Origin: Camelus dromedarius
Lineage: Eukaryota
Direction: 5' to 3'
NCBI RefSeq assembly: GCF_036321535.1
Contig: NC_087447.1
Span: 50,470,001 to 50,534,000 of the forward strand
DNA length: 64,000 nucleotides
Notes under the pieces: model-generated
What the model was told of the DNA's origin: nothing
Databases searched by the model: none
What the model saw: the letters and a program-made list of their open reading frames with translations, nothing else
Shown here: piece by piece, positions 37,339 through 49,099 of the stretch
How the letters are laid out: each line of letters starts with the position of its first letter
Position numbering within the stretch: the stretch's first letter is position 1
Made by a program: the position numbers and the translations under genes

Positions 37339-37693
37339 CTCTCAGGCATAGTGTATTGGGGTCAAACCAGCAGCTGGAGTCATGTGCTGGAGGGGGTCCT
37401 CCTGGAAAGTGTATGGCCCTGCCCAGAGGCTAAATTTGCCACATGCCTGTGTCCAGGATGTGAGTGGGGACCAGCTGGTTTCCCTGACCATCTGTGTCCA
37501 AAATGACGTACTGAGCCAGCCTCCGGCCTTTCTCATCTGTCCGGATCCTCTGGCTAAAACCAGCCACATCCAAATCCCCTGTGTGGTCCCCTAAGTGGGC
37601 CCCTGAGAGTTCTGCCCCATAGCCCTCAGAGCGGTTCAGGGCATGGGCCAGCAGGACAACAGCATCATAGATGGTTCCAAAGAGTGGGGACAC
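37339..37693 (-). pseudogene. Gucy2d: GC-D exon 4 (extracellular domain C-terminus), in-frame TAG
   Basis: ccacag|VSPLFGTIYDAV...WQI*PLGRAIHFPGGPPPAHDSSCWFDPNTLCLR; TAG at 37430-37432; donor G|gtaatt. Confidence 0.94.
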
Positions 37694-37889
37694 CTGTGGA
37701 AGAGAGGGTCTCTTAACCCCACAGCCCCACAGCATAGGCTCCCAGACATCTCTGAGTCCTGCCTCCCACCAGCAGCAATGGTTTGAATGGTCATCCCCTT
37801 TCCCACTCCCAAAACAGTTCTCCCTTTGATCCCAGCACTACCTCAGTCCCCACTCAGAAGCCTGACAGTCTGCATGGCCACCACCACCC

Positions 37890-38835
37890 TCACCAGCATC
37901 TCAAACATACCTAATATGTCCAAAATACAATTCCTGGTTCTTCCAAACCAAACCCCAGTCATTCCTCCCACATTTTAAGAAATGGAACCACCACACGCCC
38001 AGTTTCTCAGGCCTGGGCTTAATTCCCAACTCCTCTCTTTCTCTCTTCCAGTTCATCATCATACCTTTTTGGCTCTGTTTCAGAATTTGTTCCCAATCCA
38101 GTTGACTTTTTGCCACCTCTACTCCTGCCACCTGGGTCCAGCCCCACTCACTGCTCCCCTGAACCACACAGGAGCCTCCTAAGGGCCTCCTTGCTTCACC
38201 TGGCCCTCTCCAGTCCATTCTCCATAAAGCAATCAAACCATGTTTTTAAAAAAACAAAAAATCAATCATTTCTTACTTAAACCCTGCTGATGGCTTCCCA
38301 TTTCATTTATGATAAATCCAGGCTCCTTACCCTGGCTTACAAAGCCTCACATGATCAGGCCCCACACTCATCTCAGATCCCTCTCCCCATCGCTCAGGAC
38401 CCCCCCACCACTCCACACTCCCTCCAGCCCATTCCTCTAGCCATCAACGCTCACTCTTCCTCCGGGCCTTTGCACTTGCTGCTTCCCCTGCTTGGTTGTT
38501 CTTCACCCAGATCTTTACATGGCGGCCTCCTTAGCGTTTCAGAGCTCAGCTCAAGTGCCACCTCCTCAGAGTGAGCTTCTCCACCTGTCCTGTCTCTTGT
38601 TGTCCGCTTCTCCGTCCCCGCTACTCTCTGTCACTTTATCCTGTTTTATTTTCTTGGCCACATCACCACTATTTGAATTTGGTTATCAGATTGCTTGGTT
38701 ATTGTCTGTCTCGCCGTAACAGAATGGAAGTTTCTTGAAGGTCAGGACTGCCTTGTCCATCACCATGTCCCTGATGCCTGGCACAGTGCCACATAAGAGG
38801 GACTCAATCCACATTTGTCAGATGAACGATTGATT
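37890..38835 (+). mobile_element. L2 LINE 3' fragment
   Basis: catctcaaac...atgtccaaaa...gggcctttgcacttgctg...cctggcacag...tgaacgattga. Confidence 0.75.
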
Positions 38836-39485
38836 GCCCCTCCATCAGCAACTGGGAGAGACTCAAGCAGCTGAGTCCTATAAGCCAAAACTGAGCCAAC
38901 AGCCCTGGGTTTAATGTCTGTCTGTCTGTCTCTTTCTGTCTCTCATAGGTGTGTGTGAGTATGTGTTGAGGGGCGGTGGTGTCTAGCATCCCCACCACCA
39001 ACATCTTCTGATCCACAGCCATGACTTCAGAAAACCTCCAACTCTCCTACATTCCCCACACTCTCTCCTTCTGATCTTCACAGTGTGCTAGAGAGATGCA
39101 GGGAAAGGAGAGGAAGAATTGTGCGAGAGAATGAGCAGCTGGGCAACAAGAATTAGAGGAATTGAATCAGAGATAGAAAAAGAGAGGCAAGAGGGACCCA
39201 AGAGAGAGAGTTGACAAAGCAGGACAAGAGAGTGAATGACACGAGGAAAAAGTAATACAGACATACTCACACCCATAATTACAAGAGAAAGAGACAGACA
39301 GACATTACACCCAGGGACTAGGCAGAGAGATACTTTGTCAAATGAGGGACAGGTCATGTGCCCACCACTGGCTGGCCTGGTGGGGAACTGGTCAAGGCCA
39401 GAAAGTCTCAGAGTGGGTGAGGAGCGTGTGCACACTTGCCCGTGACCCCACACTCCAGGCCCCGAGAGGGTCTGCATGGACCTCC

Positions 39486-39778
39486 CTGCTCTGGCTCCAG
39501 GTGGGCAGCCAGCTCTCCACCAGCCCTGGCAGCTTCAAAGGCCTTGTCTCCAGGGCCAGACTCCAGACTGACGGTCAGCACTGCATCGGCCTCCTGCAGG
39601 GGCCCACTGTTGCCCAGGGCCGGGTAGGAGCGGATGCGGTAGGGCAAGGCGAACAGCATTGTGTCGTAGGGCAGGAAGACCAGCCTCCCATCTACCAGGC
39701 CCTGGGCCTGTGCCCGGCTCAGCAGATTGGTCTGCTCGGAGGCCCCTAGGAGCGCCGAGTGCATGCACAGCACCAAGA
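39486..39778 (-). pseudogene. Gucy2d: GC-D exon 3 (extracellular domain), non-canonical donor
   Basis: ctgcag|TC TTG GTG CTG TGC ATG CAC...LEPEQ; followed by GGAGGT instead of GT. Confidence 0.92.
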
Positions 39779-40344
39779 CTGCAGGAGAGGCGGCGGCTCA
39801 CCCTCACATCCCTTCCCTGAAACCCAGAACTCTGTGGCCCTGGGGAGCCACTCAGTACTCTCAGGTCCATCCCTCCCCATCCATTGCCCCTCCTCAGCCG
39901 TCCCCTCCCCCTCAGTCTGGGGAAATTTCCCTTTTATCTGCTCCCCCTGTAACAATAACAGCCAAGGCCACCAAATCTGGGTTTGCCCTGGTGGGAAAAA
40001 AAAACCCTCAGCTGAGGATATATTTGTATTAATATGTCCCTTCCAGTCTTCCCACCCAATAATCCTGACCACCTTTCCACCTTCTCTCGGCCCCACTGAC
40101 TCTGACAATTGCTAATATTTATTGACAGCTTGCAATGTGTTGTCCTAAAGTGCTCTGACAAACATTTAGTCATTCAATTTACAACAGTATGAAGAAGTAT
40201 GCTTATTATTATCTCTACTTTCAGATGAGGAAACCAAGGCACAGAGAGGTGAAGGAGTTGCCCCAGGATATATAACTACCAGGGTAGTAGAGCCAGGATT
40301 GGAATCCGGGTAGGCTCGCTCCCAGCTTGTAATCTTTTTTTTTT

Positions 40345-40750
40345 TTTTTAAGATTTAAAAAAATTTAGATAATTCAAATACCATAAAATTCACCTTTTAA
40401 AAAGTATATAACTCAGTAGTATTAGACACAAATTTATGAAACCATCACCAGTATTTAATTCTGGAACATTTTCATCATACCAAAAGGAAACGCTGTACCC
40501 ATTAGCAATCACTCCCTATTTATTCCTCCCTCACCCAACCACTAATCTGCTTTCTGTCTCTATGGATCTGCCTGTTCTGGACATTTCATAGGAATGGATT
40601 TGTGCAATATATATCCTTTTGAGTCTGGCTTCTTTCACATAACATAATGTTTTCCAGGTTCATCCGTGTAGCAGCCTATATCAGTATTTCATTCATTTTT
40701 ATGGCTGCACCATATTCCACTGAATAAACATTTTGTTTATCCATTTGTCA
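40345..40750 (-). mobile_element. Old L1 (L1M-type) 3' end
   Basis: T-tract, then ccataaaattcacc...ccattagcaatcactccc...aaccactaatctgctttctgtctctatggat. Confidence 0.8.
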
Positions 40751-42333
40751 TTGGCTTGTAATCCCAACTGTGGCCCTGGGTGTCATCCTGAAGATCTAAG
40801 CAGACATGAATACATTCCCCTTTGCCTTTGTAAAAGAAACAGGCCCGTGATAGTAAGGCAGGCGATTTCATCCCCAGGCACCCAGGACAGAAGGGAACCC
40901 TGCCCGAGGCAAGGGGCCCACACATCTGCCCAAGGTGAAGGTTCTCTGCACCTTGGGTCCCTGACCAGGGCTTCAACCACAGCCAAAAAAGGGCCACCAC
41001 TTGCTTTGGCTAGGCCCAGGTTCCTACTGCAATCCCTTTTTCCAGAAATTTCAGAATGTGGAGCCGCTCAGGAGGGCCAAGGTTCTCCTTCCTGGGGCCT
41101 GAGGATCCCTGGTTATGTGGAAATCAGAGCCGGGAGCCCAGACTCTGCTGAACCCCTGGGTGGCCATGCTGTGTGGGCCATGGGCAGGAACCCACACCCC
41201 AGAATACTGGGGAGGGCTCTCATAGGAGGATGCACCAGGACTGGGTGGAAAGAGAACCAGGGCTTCCTTGGTCTCATCTCCCCTGCTCTGCCCCTGTTCA
41301 GCTTCTCCCAAAACACTTCTTTCTCTTACATGGAGTCAGAGACACTGTTCTGCATTTGGACACAAGGGGGAGCTGATCCACACAACTGGGCATGTTAACG
41401 AGTAAAAGCCCACGTTGATTATAAGCCCAGCTTACTATGTCGAGGGCACTGTTCCAAGCCCTTTATCTGCAGGAGTTCATCACATCTTCATGATGAAGTA
41501 GGGCCTTTCACTAAACCTCATGTCATTGACGAGGAAACTATAGCACAGAGAGGTTTAGTGACTTGCCCGAGGTCACACAGCTGGTAGGAAATGGGGCCAG
41601 GAGTGGGATCCTGGTGTTCTGATTCCGGAGAATATGCCCCTACCAGTCTGCTTTCTGGCTTTTGAAAGCCAGAACCATGGCTTGAACTCAATCCCCTGCA
41701 ACAGGGGTGGAGCAGGAGTCTGATGTGGTTTCCTCCACCCACTGCCACAGTGCTCCGGCCACTCAGAAGTGAATTGTTCATCCTCCTAGTCCTGCTGACA
41801 TGCTATCTCCATTCCTTTGCTCTAGCTGACCCTCTGCCTAGAATGCCCTCCCCTCATCTCCACCTGCCATCAACTTCTCATTTTCAGGTCCTGCCCCTGT
41901 GAAGCCCTGCCTACCCTCATGCAGGTCAGCTCCTCCAGCCTCTGAATCCACACCCATCTCCCACCAGACTCAAGCTCCTCACTGCTGGGGCCAGGCCAGT
42001 TGCTCTCTGCATCTCCAGAGCCCAGCTAGGGTCAGGCACAGAGCAGGGCTCAGTGACGTGGTGGAATGAAGCATGTACAAAGCACTCGATCACATACACC
42101 TGGTTCTAATGACCTTATGAGGTGGGTCTCATTAGCCCCATTTCACCTACTGGAAAAGTGAGCTCAGGGAAGTGAGGTGCCTGTTCTGAGGGGCAGCAGG
42201 CACACCTGGGCCAGGCCTCGTCCTCCACTCAGCTCTAACTCACTATGGGCACAGGAGCTCAGAGGCGGCCCACCCCGCCCCTCCACTGGTGCTGATCTCA
42301 GTGCGCTCAAACATAGAACTTGATAATTGGTCT

Positions 42334-42645
42334 CAGCGGCTCTCAAATCGTTGCCAATGACAACAGTAAGAAATATATTCTACCATGGTGTGCTTGCAAA
42401 GCTGAGAGTGTAAGACAAGTACACATACACAACTGAATTCACAGAACGACTCTTTCGCCAGCTACCTGTCCTGAATGCTCGCATTCATTACTTGTACTCT
42501 ATCCTACTCAATTCTATTCTTCTCTCTATTCCAGGCTCTTTTTTTCTTTTTTTCTTTCTTTTTTTTTTTTTTTTTTTTGGCAATGCTAGTCTTGATTCAC
42601 TAAATCGGTTTTGTGACTGAAATGGGCCACATTTTGAAAAAGCTC
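42334..42645. mobile_element. Degenerate hAT-Charlie-like DNA transposon
   Basis: cagcggctctcaaa ... tttgaaaaagct termini resemble Charlie-family TIRs. Confidence 0.4.
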
Positions 42646-43364
42646 CAGTCCAGATGAGCACTAAGGTCCCTTCTATCTTACAGGTGCCACCTCTAGCCTG
42701 CGCCCCACCCTATCATGGCACTCCCTGGCTACCTCCTTAAAGACAGGTCACATGCCACCTCTTCCAGGAAGCCTCCTCAGATCCCCCAGAGCCGGGCCCC
42801 ACTCCTCTTCTCCCTGGGGTGACCTTGACCTCATGGTCATAACCACCTTCTTATACACCTGTCTCTCTATCACCTGGTTGTCTCTTGGAGATCAGCCACT
42901 CTGTCTGCCTGTCCTATTCACCAATTCAACGCAAGATCCAGCACAACAGGGACTTGATAAATGCAGGAAGCCTTCCGTCAATCAACAAATCCATGAAGGT
43001 TCTAACTCTAATTCCAAAAAACTGTAACAGCTCTAACACCCTTCCTGGGGCTTAGGTCCTGCTACACTCTCATTTCCTTCACTGTATCAGGCAAGAACCT
43101 AGAAAGCCCTTGTCTCCCACTCCACAACTGACACATTCATTGAAGCTCAAAATCTGACTGTATCACTTGCCAGCTGTATGACTGGGGCATGCTACTTGTC
43201 TTCTCTGAGCTGCAAAGTGCAGACCTTAGCAGGGCTAGCTCAAAGGGCAAGTGCGGGGCTGTTGTCAAATGCTGAGCCCAGTGTCTGATATGCAGAAAAC
43301 TCCCCATCAGTGGCCATATGAAGTCTGGCCTGCCCACAGCGGGAAGCCACCCATGTACACTTAC

Positions 43365-44123
43365 TTTTCAGGCCATCCACGCTGCAGAGCTGCTTCAGGA
43401 CCTCCATGGCCCCCTGCTCTCCGGGTTCCAGAGAAATCACCAACCCCACAGGCAGTCCATGTGTCCTGAGAGTCATGGCCACCTGTTGGGCTGTAGCCAA
43501 TCAGATGTCCTGGTAGGAGGACACGATGGCCACGTGATCCCAGCCAAAGTGTCTCATGATGGACAGCAGCACATGGGCAGCCAAAGGCAAGGTGGGCACC
43601 AGCTCACCTCCTCACTCTGGAGCCCCACATGCCCAGGAGAAGAGGGTCTTGCCCCAGCCTTGGGCCAGTAGGGCTGCTGCTGGGCAGTAACTAGGATTGA
43701 CAGGGCCCACAAAAGCAGCTACAGTGTTCTTGTGGGCCAGGAATGTGGCCAGGGCACTAGGGGTGTCACAACCCGTGGGAAGGACCATGGAAGCCAGCCG
43801 TGAGCCCAGCACCATTGAGGAGTCCTTGTTGACTCGGTCCACAGCCAGCTGGGCAGCCACACTGGGGAGGGCCTGGGCAAAGATGTGGTCACAGTCCAAG
43901 GGACCCAGCACCCCCAGGGTGAAGGTCCCTGCCCCCCAGGCCAGATCAGGGAGGGAACCAGCCCACAGGAGGGCACCCCAAAGCAGCACAGAGGGAAGTG
44001 GTAGGAAAGGGACTGTCCTTGGATGGCTGAGACTGGACCTCCATGGGCCCTGGAAGGGTGGGCAGGTCTTCCCATGCAGAGGGGTCCAGGACCAACCTTC
44101 AGGGTACAAGGCCCTCTGCTATC
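43365..44123 (-). pseudogene. Gucy2d: GC-D exon 2 (signal peptide and N-terminal extracellular domain), 3 in-frame stops
   Basis: ttctccag|GA TAG CAG...; ...CGAPE*GGELVPTLP...SSYQDI*LATAQQ...SVDGLK; donor A|gtaagt. Stops at 44119-44121, 43612-43614 and 43501-43503. Confidence 0.93.
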
Positions 44124-47100
44124 CTGGAGAAGGGAGATAATGACAAGATTTGCTTTCTAGCATTTTCTGCCAATGCTTCCTGCATGATTTGGAAGCAGAC
44201 ATCATCCCCCAACCACTTCCCACTCCCAAGAACCTCAGCTTCCTCATCGGTAAAATGAGGGATTTGGATCCATGATGTCCAAAGACCCCCAGCTTTGGGG
44301 GCCTAACCTCCTCCTCAGGACTGGCTCAGAGCCCCATGATGTCCACGCCCAGTCCTGGGCTAGAGCTCAGTAGCCTGGTGTGCCTCCAGAGTCAGAGCTG
44401 GCCGGACCTGGCTCACTACTTCCCCTCCGTGTGGCCCTAGGCCAATCTTGGAAGCTTCTGAGCTTCATTTTTCTCTTCTATAAAATGTGGATAATGAAGC
44501 CTACTACATGGAGTTATTGTGGTGATTAAATGACATAATGTGAAGCACTTAGCACTGTCCCTGATACTTACGTGTTTCATAAATCCTTCCTGTTTCAACC
44601 TATTATTATTTCTTCCTTCACTCATCCTCCAGAGTGGGCCAAACTCTCCTGGACCAAGTTCTCCCTCTGAGCCTCCCCTGCCTCTTACCCTCGAGCCCAG
44701 CACCATCCACAGCACTTAGCTCTGCCGGACTCTGTGGGCCCCGCAGCACAAGCGGGGCCTGGGTATGGGTAGCTGCCCCATTGTGTGTTTGGGACTCGAG
44801 GGTTTACAATGCGTGTGCACAGTCCCGTCTCCCACCCCCTCACAGCCCTGTTCAAACAAAGGTCCTCCTATTCCCCATTGTACAGGTGAGGAAACTACAG
44901 GAAACTGAGTGGAGTTGGCTGAGAGACAGAATTTGGACAAATCCATTCAGCTCATGTCCCACCCCACACAGCGCCTCCTTGACCAGGACACTTGGACTGG
45001 GGCATGCCCCACTCCAATCTGCTGTTCCAGGACCCTCGTGCCCAGCCTGTAACTCCTGCCTGGCCTCTGCCTGCATCCTTGCCTTTGTTCATTCCTCACC
45101 CACAGGACTCACTCATCTTCCTGTCACACCATTTGTGCAGCCAGCAGCCTTCCCCTGTGGGCGCTCCAGGAAGGCATAAGATCCAGCCTCACCTTGAAGA
45201 AACTGCCAGGCTGGTAGGGAGGCAAGTCCCAGCCAAGAGAAGAGCTGACCACAAGTGCAAGCAGTAGTGGAGCCAGTGGGGATGCTCTGAGGGCCTGGTG
45301 AGGAGGCCTCATGGAGGGCTTCTCAGAGCCTGATCCAGCAACACTCAGAAGTGTAGATCAGGAGAATAAGAGGATGCCCTCCCAATGTCAACAGTGATGG
45401 TCTGTACAGAGTAGCTCCTAGAAATTATGTTCAGGGCAGAGGAATAAGAAGTCTCTTGGAATCACACAGAGGAGTAAATCCTGATTTTATCACTTACTAG
45501 CCCCTGACTTTGGGCAAGACACTTAACTTCTCTGAGCCTCCGTTTCCTCATCTGTAAATGAGATGACAATAGCTACCTGGTAGAGTTTTGGTGAAGACTA
45601 AGACGTGTAGAGTATCTACAATGGGGAAACTCATTGTGGTAAGTGAGTAGGCACTTATTGAATGGAATAGTTGCCATTACCATATCACCATCAGCACCAC
45701 CTTTGGATCTTTGAGAAGAGGCAGATGTACTGCAGTATAAAGAGAGCTGGGTGGGGAGGTAGTGGCCTGAGTTTCAGCCCCAGTCCTGCCCCATTCAAGG
45801 CCTCGGCCTCCCCATCTGTAGAAGTCAGCCCTGAGCCCTTCTGGCCTGTGATGCTACGTTTCTCTCAGCTCAGAGCCTGGTGACTTGGGGAGGGCTGCTC
45901 TTCTACCAGTCTCTGAGGGACCCTCTGTTCATTCCCTCCTCTTCTGCTGTTATGCTCTAAGTGGTCTCCTGGCATCCTTCCCCATGAGATGAACCACTCG
46001 GAGCAGCTGGGCTTGTTCTGGACTCACAAAGAGCTAATCATTTCCAGTTAGGAATGTAGGCGTATGCAGCTGATACTGCTGATAGCCGCCTCCCCACTCA
46101 GTCTGTACTTTCCAAAGCACCTGGGACCACCACTTTTCCTGGTCCTCCTAGACGCCCCAAGGAGAGACCTCTTATCCTCTTTTTCAGAGGAGGAAACTGA
46201 CTCTGGGCAGGGCAGCAACTTGTCCAATTTCTCACCAAAAGTTAGGGATAAGCTGGGACCAGAGCTTGGCTTCCTGCTGCCCAGCCAAAGACAAAAATTA
46301 CCTTTTTTTTGAACACCTAGACCAACAGAGCTGAAGGATCCTGGAGATCTAAGGATCTGAACCAACTCCTCTGTGTACCTATGGGGAAACAGGTACAGAA
46401 AGGGGCATGGGCTTCCCTCCACCCCACAAAGCAGCAGCGGGTTTCCTGGGCACTGTGTTCCTGCTGGCCATGCTCAGTGTCACAGGAATTCTGCCACTAA
46501 TGGCCTGCAGGAAGTCACAGAATGTGCAGGCCCTTAGCGAGGCCAGTCTCTGGCCAGGGCAGGAGCTGGCGTTAGCCCCATCTCCACCTCTGACTTGTGA
46601 GACAGAGTCCCCACCCTTCCCTGTGCCATCTCTACCAGGAGGGCTTTGTTTAGATGTTTAGGTCTCCAAAGTCCTTCGTATCCAATATTCTACTTGTCAA
46701 GAAAAATCAGGAAACAGGTGATTTTTGTCTCTGAAACTGACCATGTCCCCTCTCCCAACCCTTCCCCTAGGAGTGTGTGAGCTGTCAGCGCTCCCACCTC
46801 TGGCCCAGTGGGTTCCTGTGCCACCCTCGTAGGAGAGGACCATTTGTCATTTTAGACTCCAGGAAATGGACACTGAGGATTAGCCACGGATAGCTTGGCT
46901 CATAAAGACAAGTTCCTGAAGTTAGTCAACTCCACACTACCATAATCCAAAATTGAGGATGACTTTAGCTGCATTAACAGACAAAAAACCAAAATAAGTA
47001 AGGTGTTAGGAAACCAGGGAAGGAGGATAGGGGATTCCTGTCAGAGCCAGTGCCCCCTTCAATCCCTGTAGCCATGGGTCACTCTCCTGACCCCTGCAGC

Positions 47101-47147
47101 TTGATCCTTCTTTCCTTCTTTTAGGGCAAGCTCCCCCAAAGACCCAT

Positions 47148-47154
47148 CTGCCAT
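47148..47154 (-). pseudogene. Gucy2d: Tentative GC-D exon 1 coding end (ATG GCA G)
   Basis: Minus strand reads cagcATGGCAG|atgggt. It supplies M-A-G in phase 1, as exon 2 needs (rodent GC-D starts MAG, from memory), with a good Kozak context, but the donor reads AT rather than GT. Confidence 0.35.
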
Positions 47155-48204
47155 GCTGTGCTGTTGGGGCTGACTCTGTCTCTTTGCAGATCCTAAGATT
47201 CCTGCACAAGGGTCCTCAGATGGCAAAATCTCCAAGCAGGCTCTGTCCTGGGGAGCCCCCATTCCCACAACAGCCTGGACAGTCACACAGTCACCACTTC
47301 TGCTGCCAGTCAGCTTCCTGAGTCTCCTGCCAGGGGAGTGCCTCATATATGGCTCATTCCCTCCTGTCCCGCTCAGGGACCTGAAAAAGTCACTTGGAAA
47401 ATTCAATCTGTTCAGACCCTAGGGCTCTAGGGAGCCAAGCACAGAAAGGGAGGAGGGAATAAATGGGAGAGGAACCAAGGGAGGAAGGAAGGGAAGAAGG
47501 AAAGGAGGGAGGAGGCCTTCAGCACTTTGGACAGCTCCACACCTGGCTGGGGCTCACAGCAGGAAAAAACAGTAGGTGAGCACTAAGGAAACCAGCATTA
47601 TTGAACTTCCACTACGTGCCGAGCTCTGTGCTGGGCACTGCTTACACAACACACTGAGACAGGTGTTATTATTATTCCCACTTTATAAATAAGGAAAGTG
47701 CAGCCCAGAGAGGTTAGGTAATTGACCAAGGGCAGAGAGCTTACTAAGTGGCAGGGCTGACCGTAGGTCCAGGCTTCTGTTCATCTCACCACATTAATTC
47801 TTTGTGAATTATAATAGTTTTTTTCTATCTTCTCTTTTGATGTGGACCCTTATGTGGATATAGACACCACAGTCCAGTGGACTTTCAGCCCTTCCTCTTG
47901 CATCTGCTCTCTCCTACCAAGCTGAAATTACATTCCCCGTCTCATTTAACCCTTACAACAACCTTGTGAGGTGGGTGTTGTAGTTTGCTTTATTCACATC
48001 ACTTTATTCAGTAAACAATATTTACTGAGCGCCTACTATCTTCAGATACCATTCTAGACTCTTGAGAGACATAAGAAAAACAAAGATTTTTTTCCCCTCA
48101 CAGAGCTAACTTTCTAGCAAGGGTGAGGATGGTGTGTGAGTCAACAAACAATGAGCATGATAAATAATTAGATTCATTTTTTTATGTTAGAAAGAGTTAT
48201 GCAG

Positions 48205-49023
48205 GCCAAACTGGGGGGAGGGGCCCAAGTGGGCGCATGGAGGACCCAAGGTCGAGGGCCAACCCACCAACTCCAAAAGGAAACCTGACAAGAGAGCGGG
48301 AAATGGCCGCAGGCGCTGAGGCCCAGGCCTGGGGAGGCCGCGCCGGCCTCCTCTCCCTGTTAGTCCTTCCCTTTCCACATGGAGGCAAAGCCTGCAGAGC
48401 TGGAGCGGCATTGTCTGAAGCCACAGGGAAAATGGTGAAAATTCACCGTTGCCATTGCCAGAAAGAGCGATTTATGGCTTTGTTCTTTTCTTAAGCTCCC
48501 AATTTGGCTTCATACTATATCTCGTGTGGGTTTTTATTCCTGAATCTTGGCTAAACTCCTTAGGTTTAACCTTTTGGCCTCCAAAATATTGCGCAGTTGC
48601 ATTGCCTGTGTACCTCCTCATTACTATAGTAATCGCTTATTTCCTCTTATTTGGAATAAACACGATGAGTGCCTCTCCACTCAACTCCATTCATACAATC
48701 ACCGATAACTATGCTAAAAATCAACAGCAGAAGAAATGCCAAGAAAAGGCCATCCCAGCATTAAGAGATATTCCTATTAGTGTAGTAAACCAAATGTTCT
48801 TTCTTGCAGCCAAAGAACTTTAAACCAAAATCTGAATTGTATGTAGACTAACACCAAACATTTATGATAAGTTTTTTACTTATTTTGACCATCTTTCTTA
48901 TTAATACCCAATATTGAAATGTAAAAATAAGTAAGTTGAAATTCCCTTAGATTGTTCCATTAATATTATAAATGTTCTGAAGTAATAGTTATTAATAGAA
49001 AGAATAAATAAATAGTAAATAAA
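48205..49023 (+). pseudogene. PIGP: PIGP processed pseudogene (GPI-GlcNAc transferase subunit P)
   Basis: Intronless [26 protein letters not shown]...[15 protein letters not shown] at 48432, then a 1-nt deletion (ATG GTG -AA AAT TCA); TAA at 48821 four codons before the original TGA (48833); AATAAA at 49003; A-tail; TSD aaagagttatgcag (48191-48204) / aaagagatatgcag (49024-49037). Confidence 0.93.
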
Positions 49024-49099
49024 AAAGAGATATGCAGTATAAAAAGGAAAATGTAAAGAAGGGAAACAATGTTGTATTATAATTCAAGTATAAGTGTTT

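Larger units (their letters stand above)
6898..44123 (-). pseudogene. Gucy2d: Olfactory membrane guanylyl cyclase GC-D, unitary pseudogene (rodent Gucy2d / human GUCY2EP orthologue); exons 2-19 span
   Basis: 18 exons with AG/GT boundaries in consistent phase encode signal peptide, extracellular domain, TM helix, kinase-homology domain, signalling helix and cyclase domain. GC-D-like N-terminus (PEGWSWTPLHGKTC...TFTLGVLGPLDCDHIFAQALPS) and tail (GDPWQDLINQEI). In-frame stops at 44119, 43612, 43501, 37430, 29102; GG donor at 39484-39485. Confidence 0.95.

Noticed and set aside
6898..44123. Identity as retinal GC (human GUCY2D/retGC-1 or GUCY2F) or as a functional gene
   Set aside because: The N-terminus, the LGLQQL juxtamembrane exon and the DPWQDxINQEI tail match olfactory GC-D as recalled; multiple stops exclude a full-length protein.
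48449..48823. Functional PIGP retrogene
   Set aside because: The ATG is out of frame after a 1-nt deletion, the open frame starts at TTG, and it has an early TAA and nonconservative changes (for example KYW>KYC).
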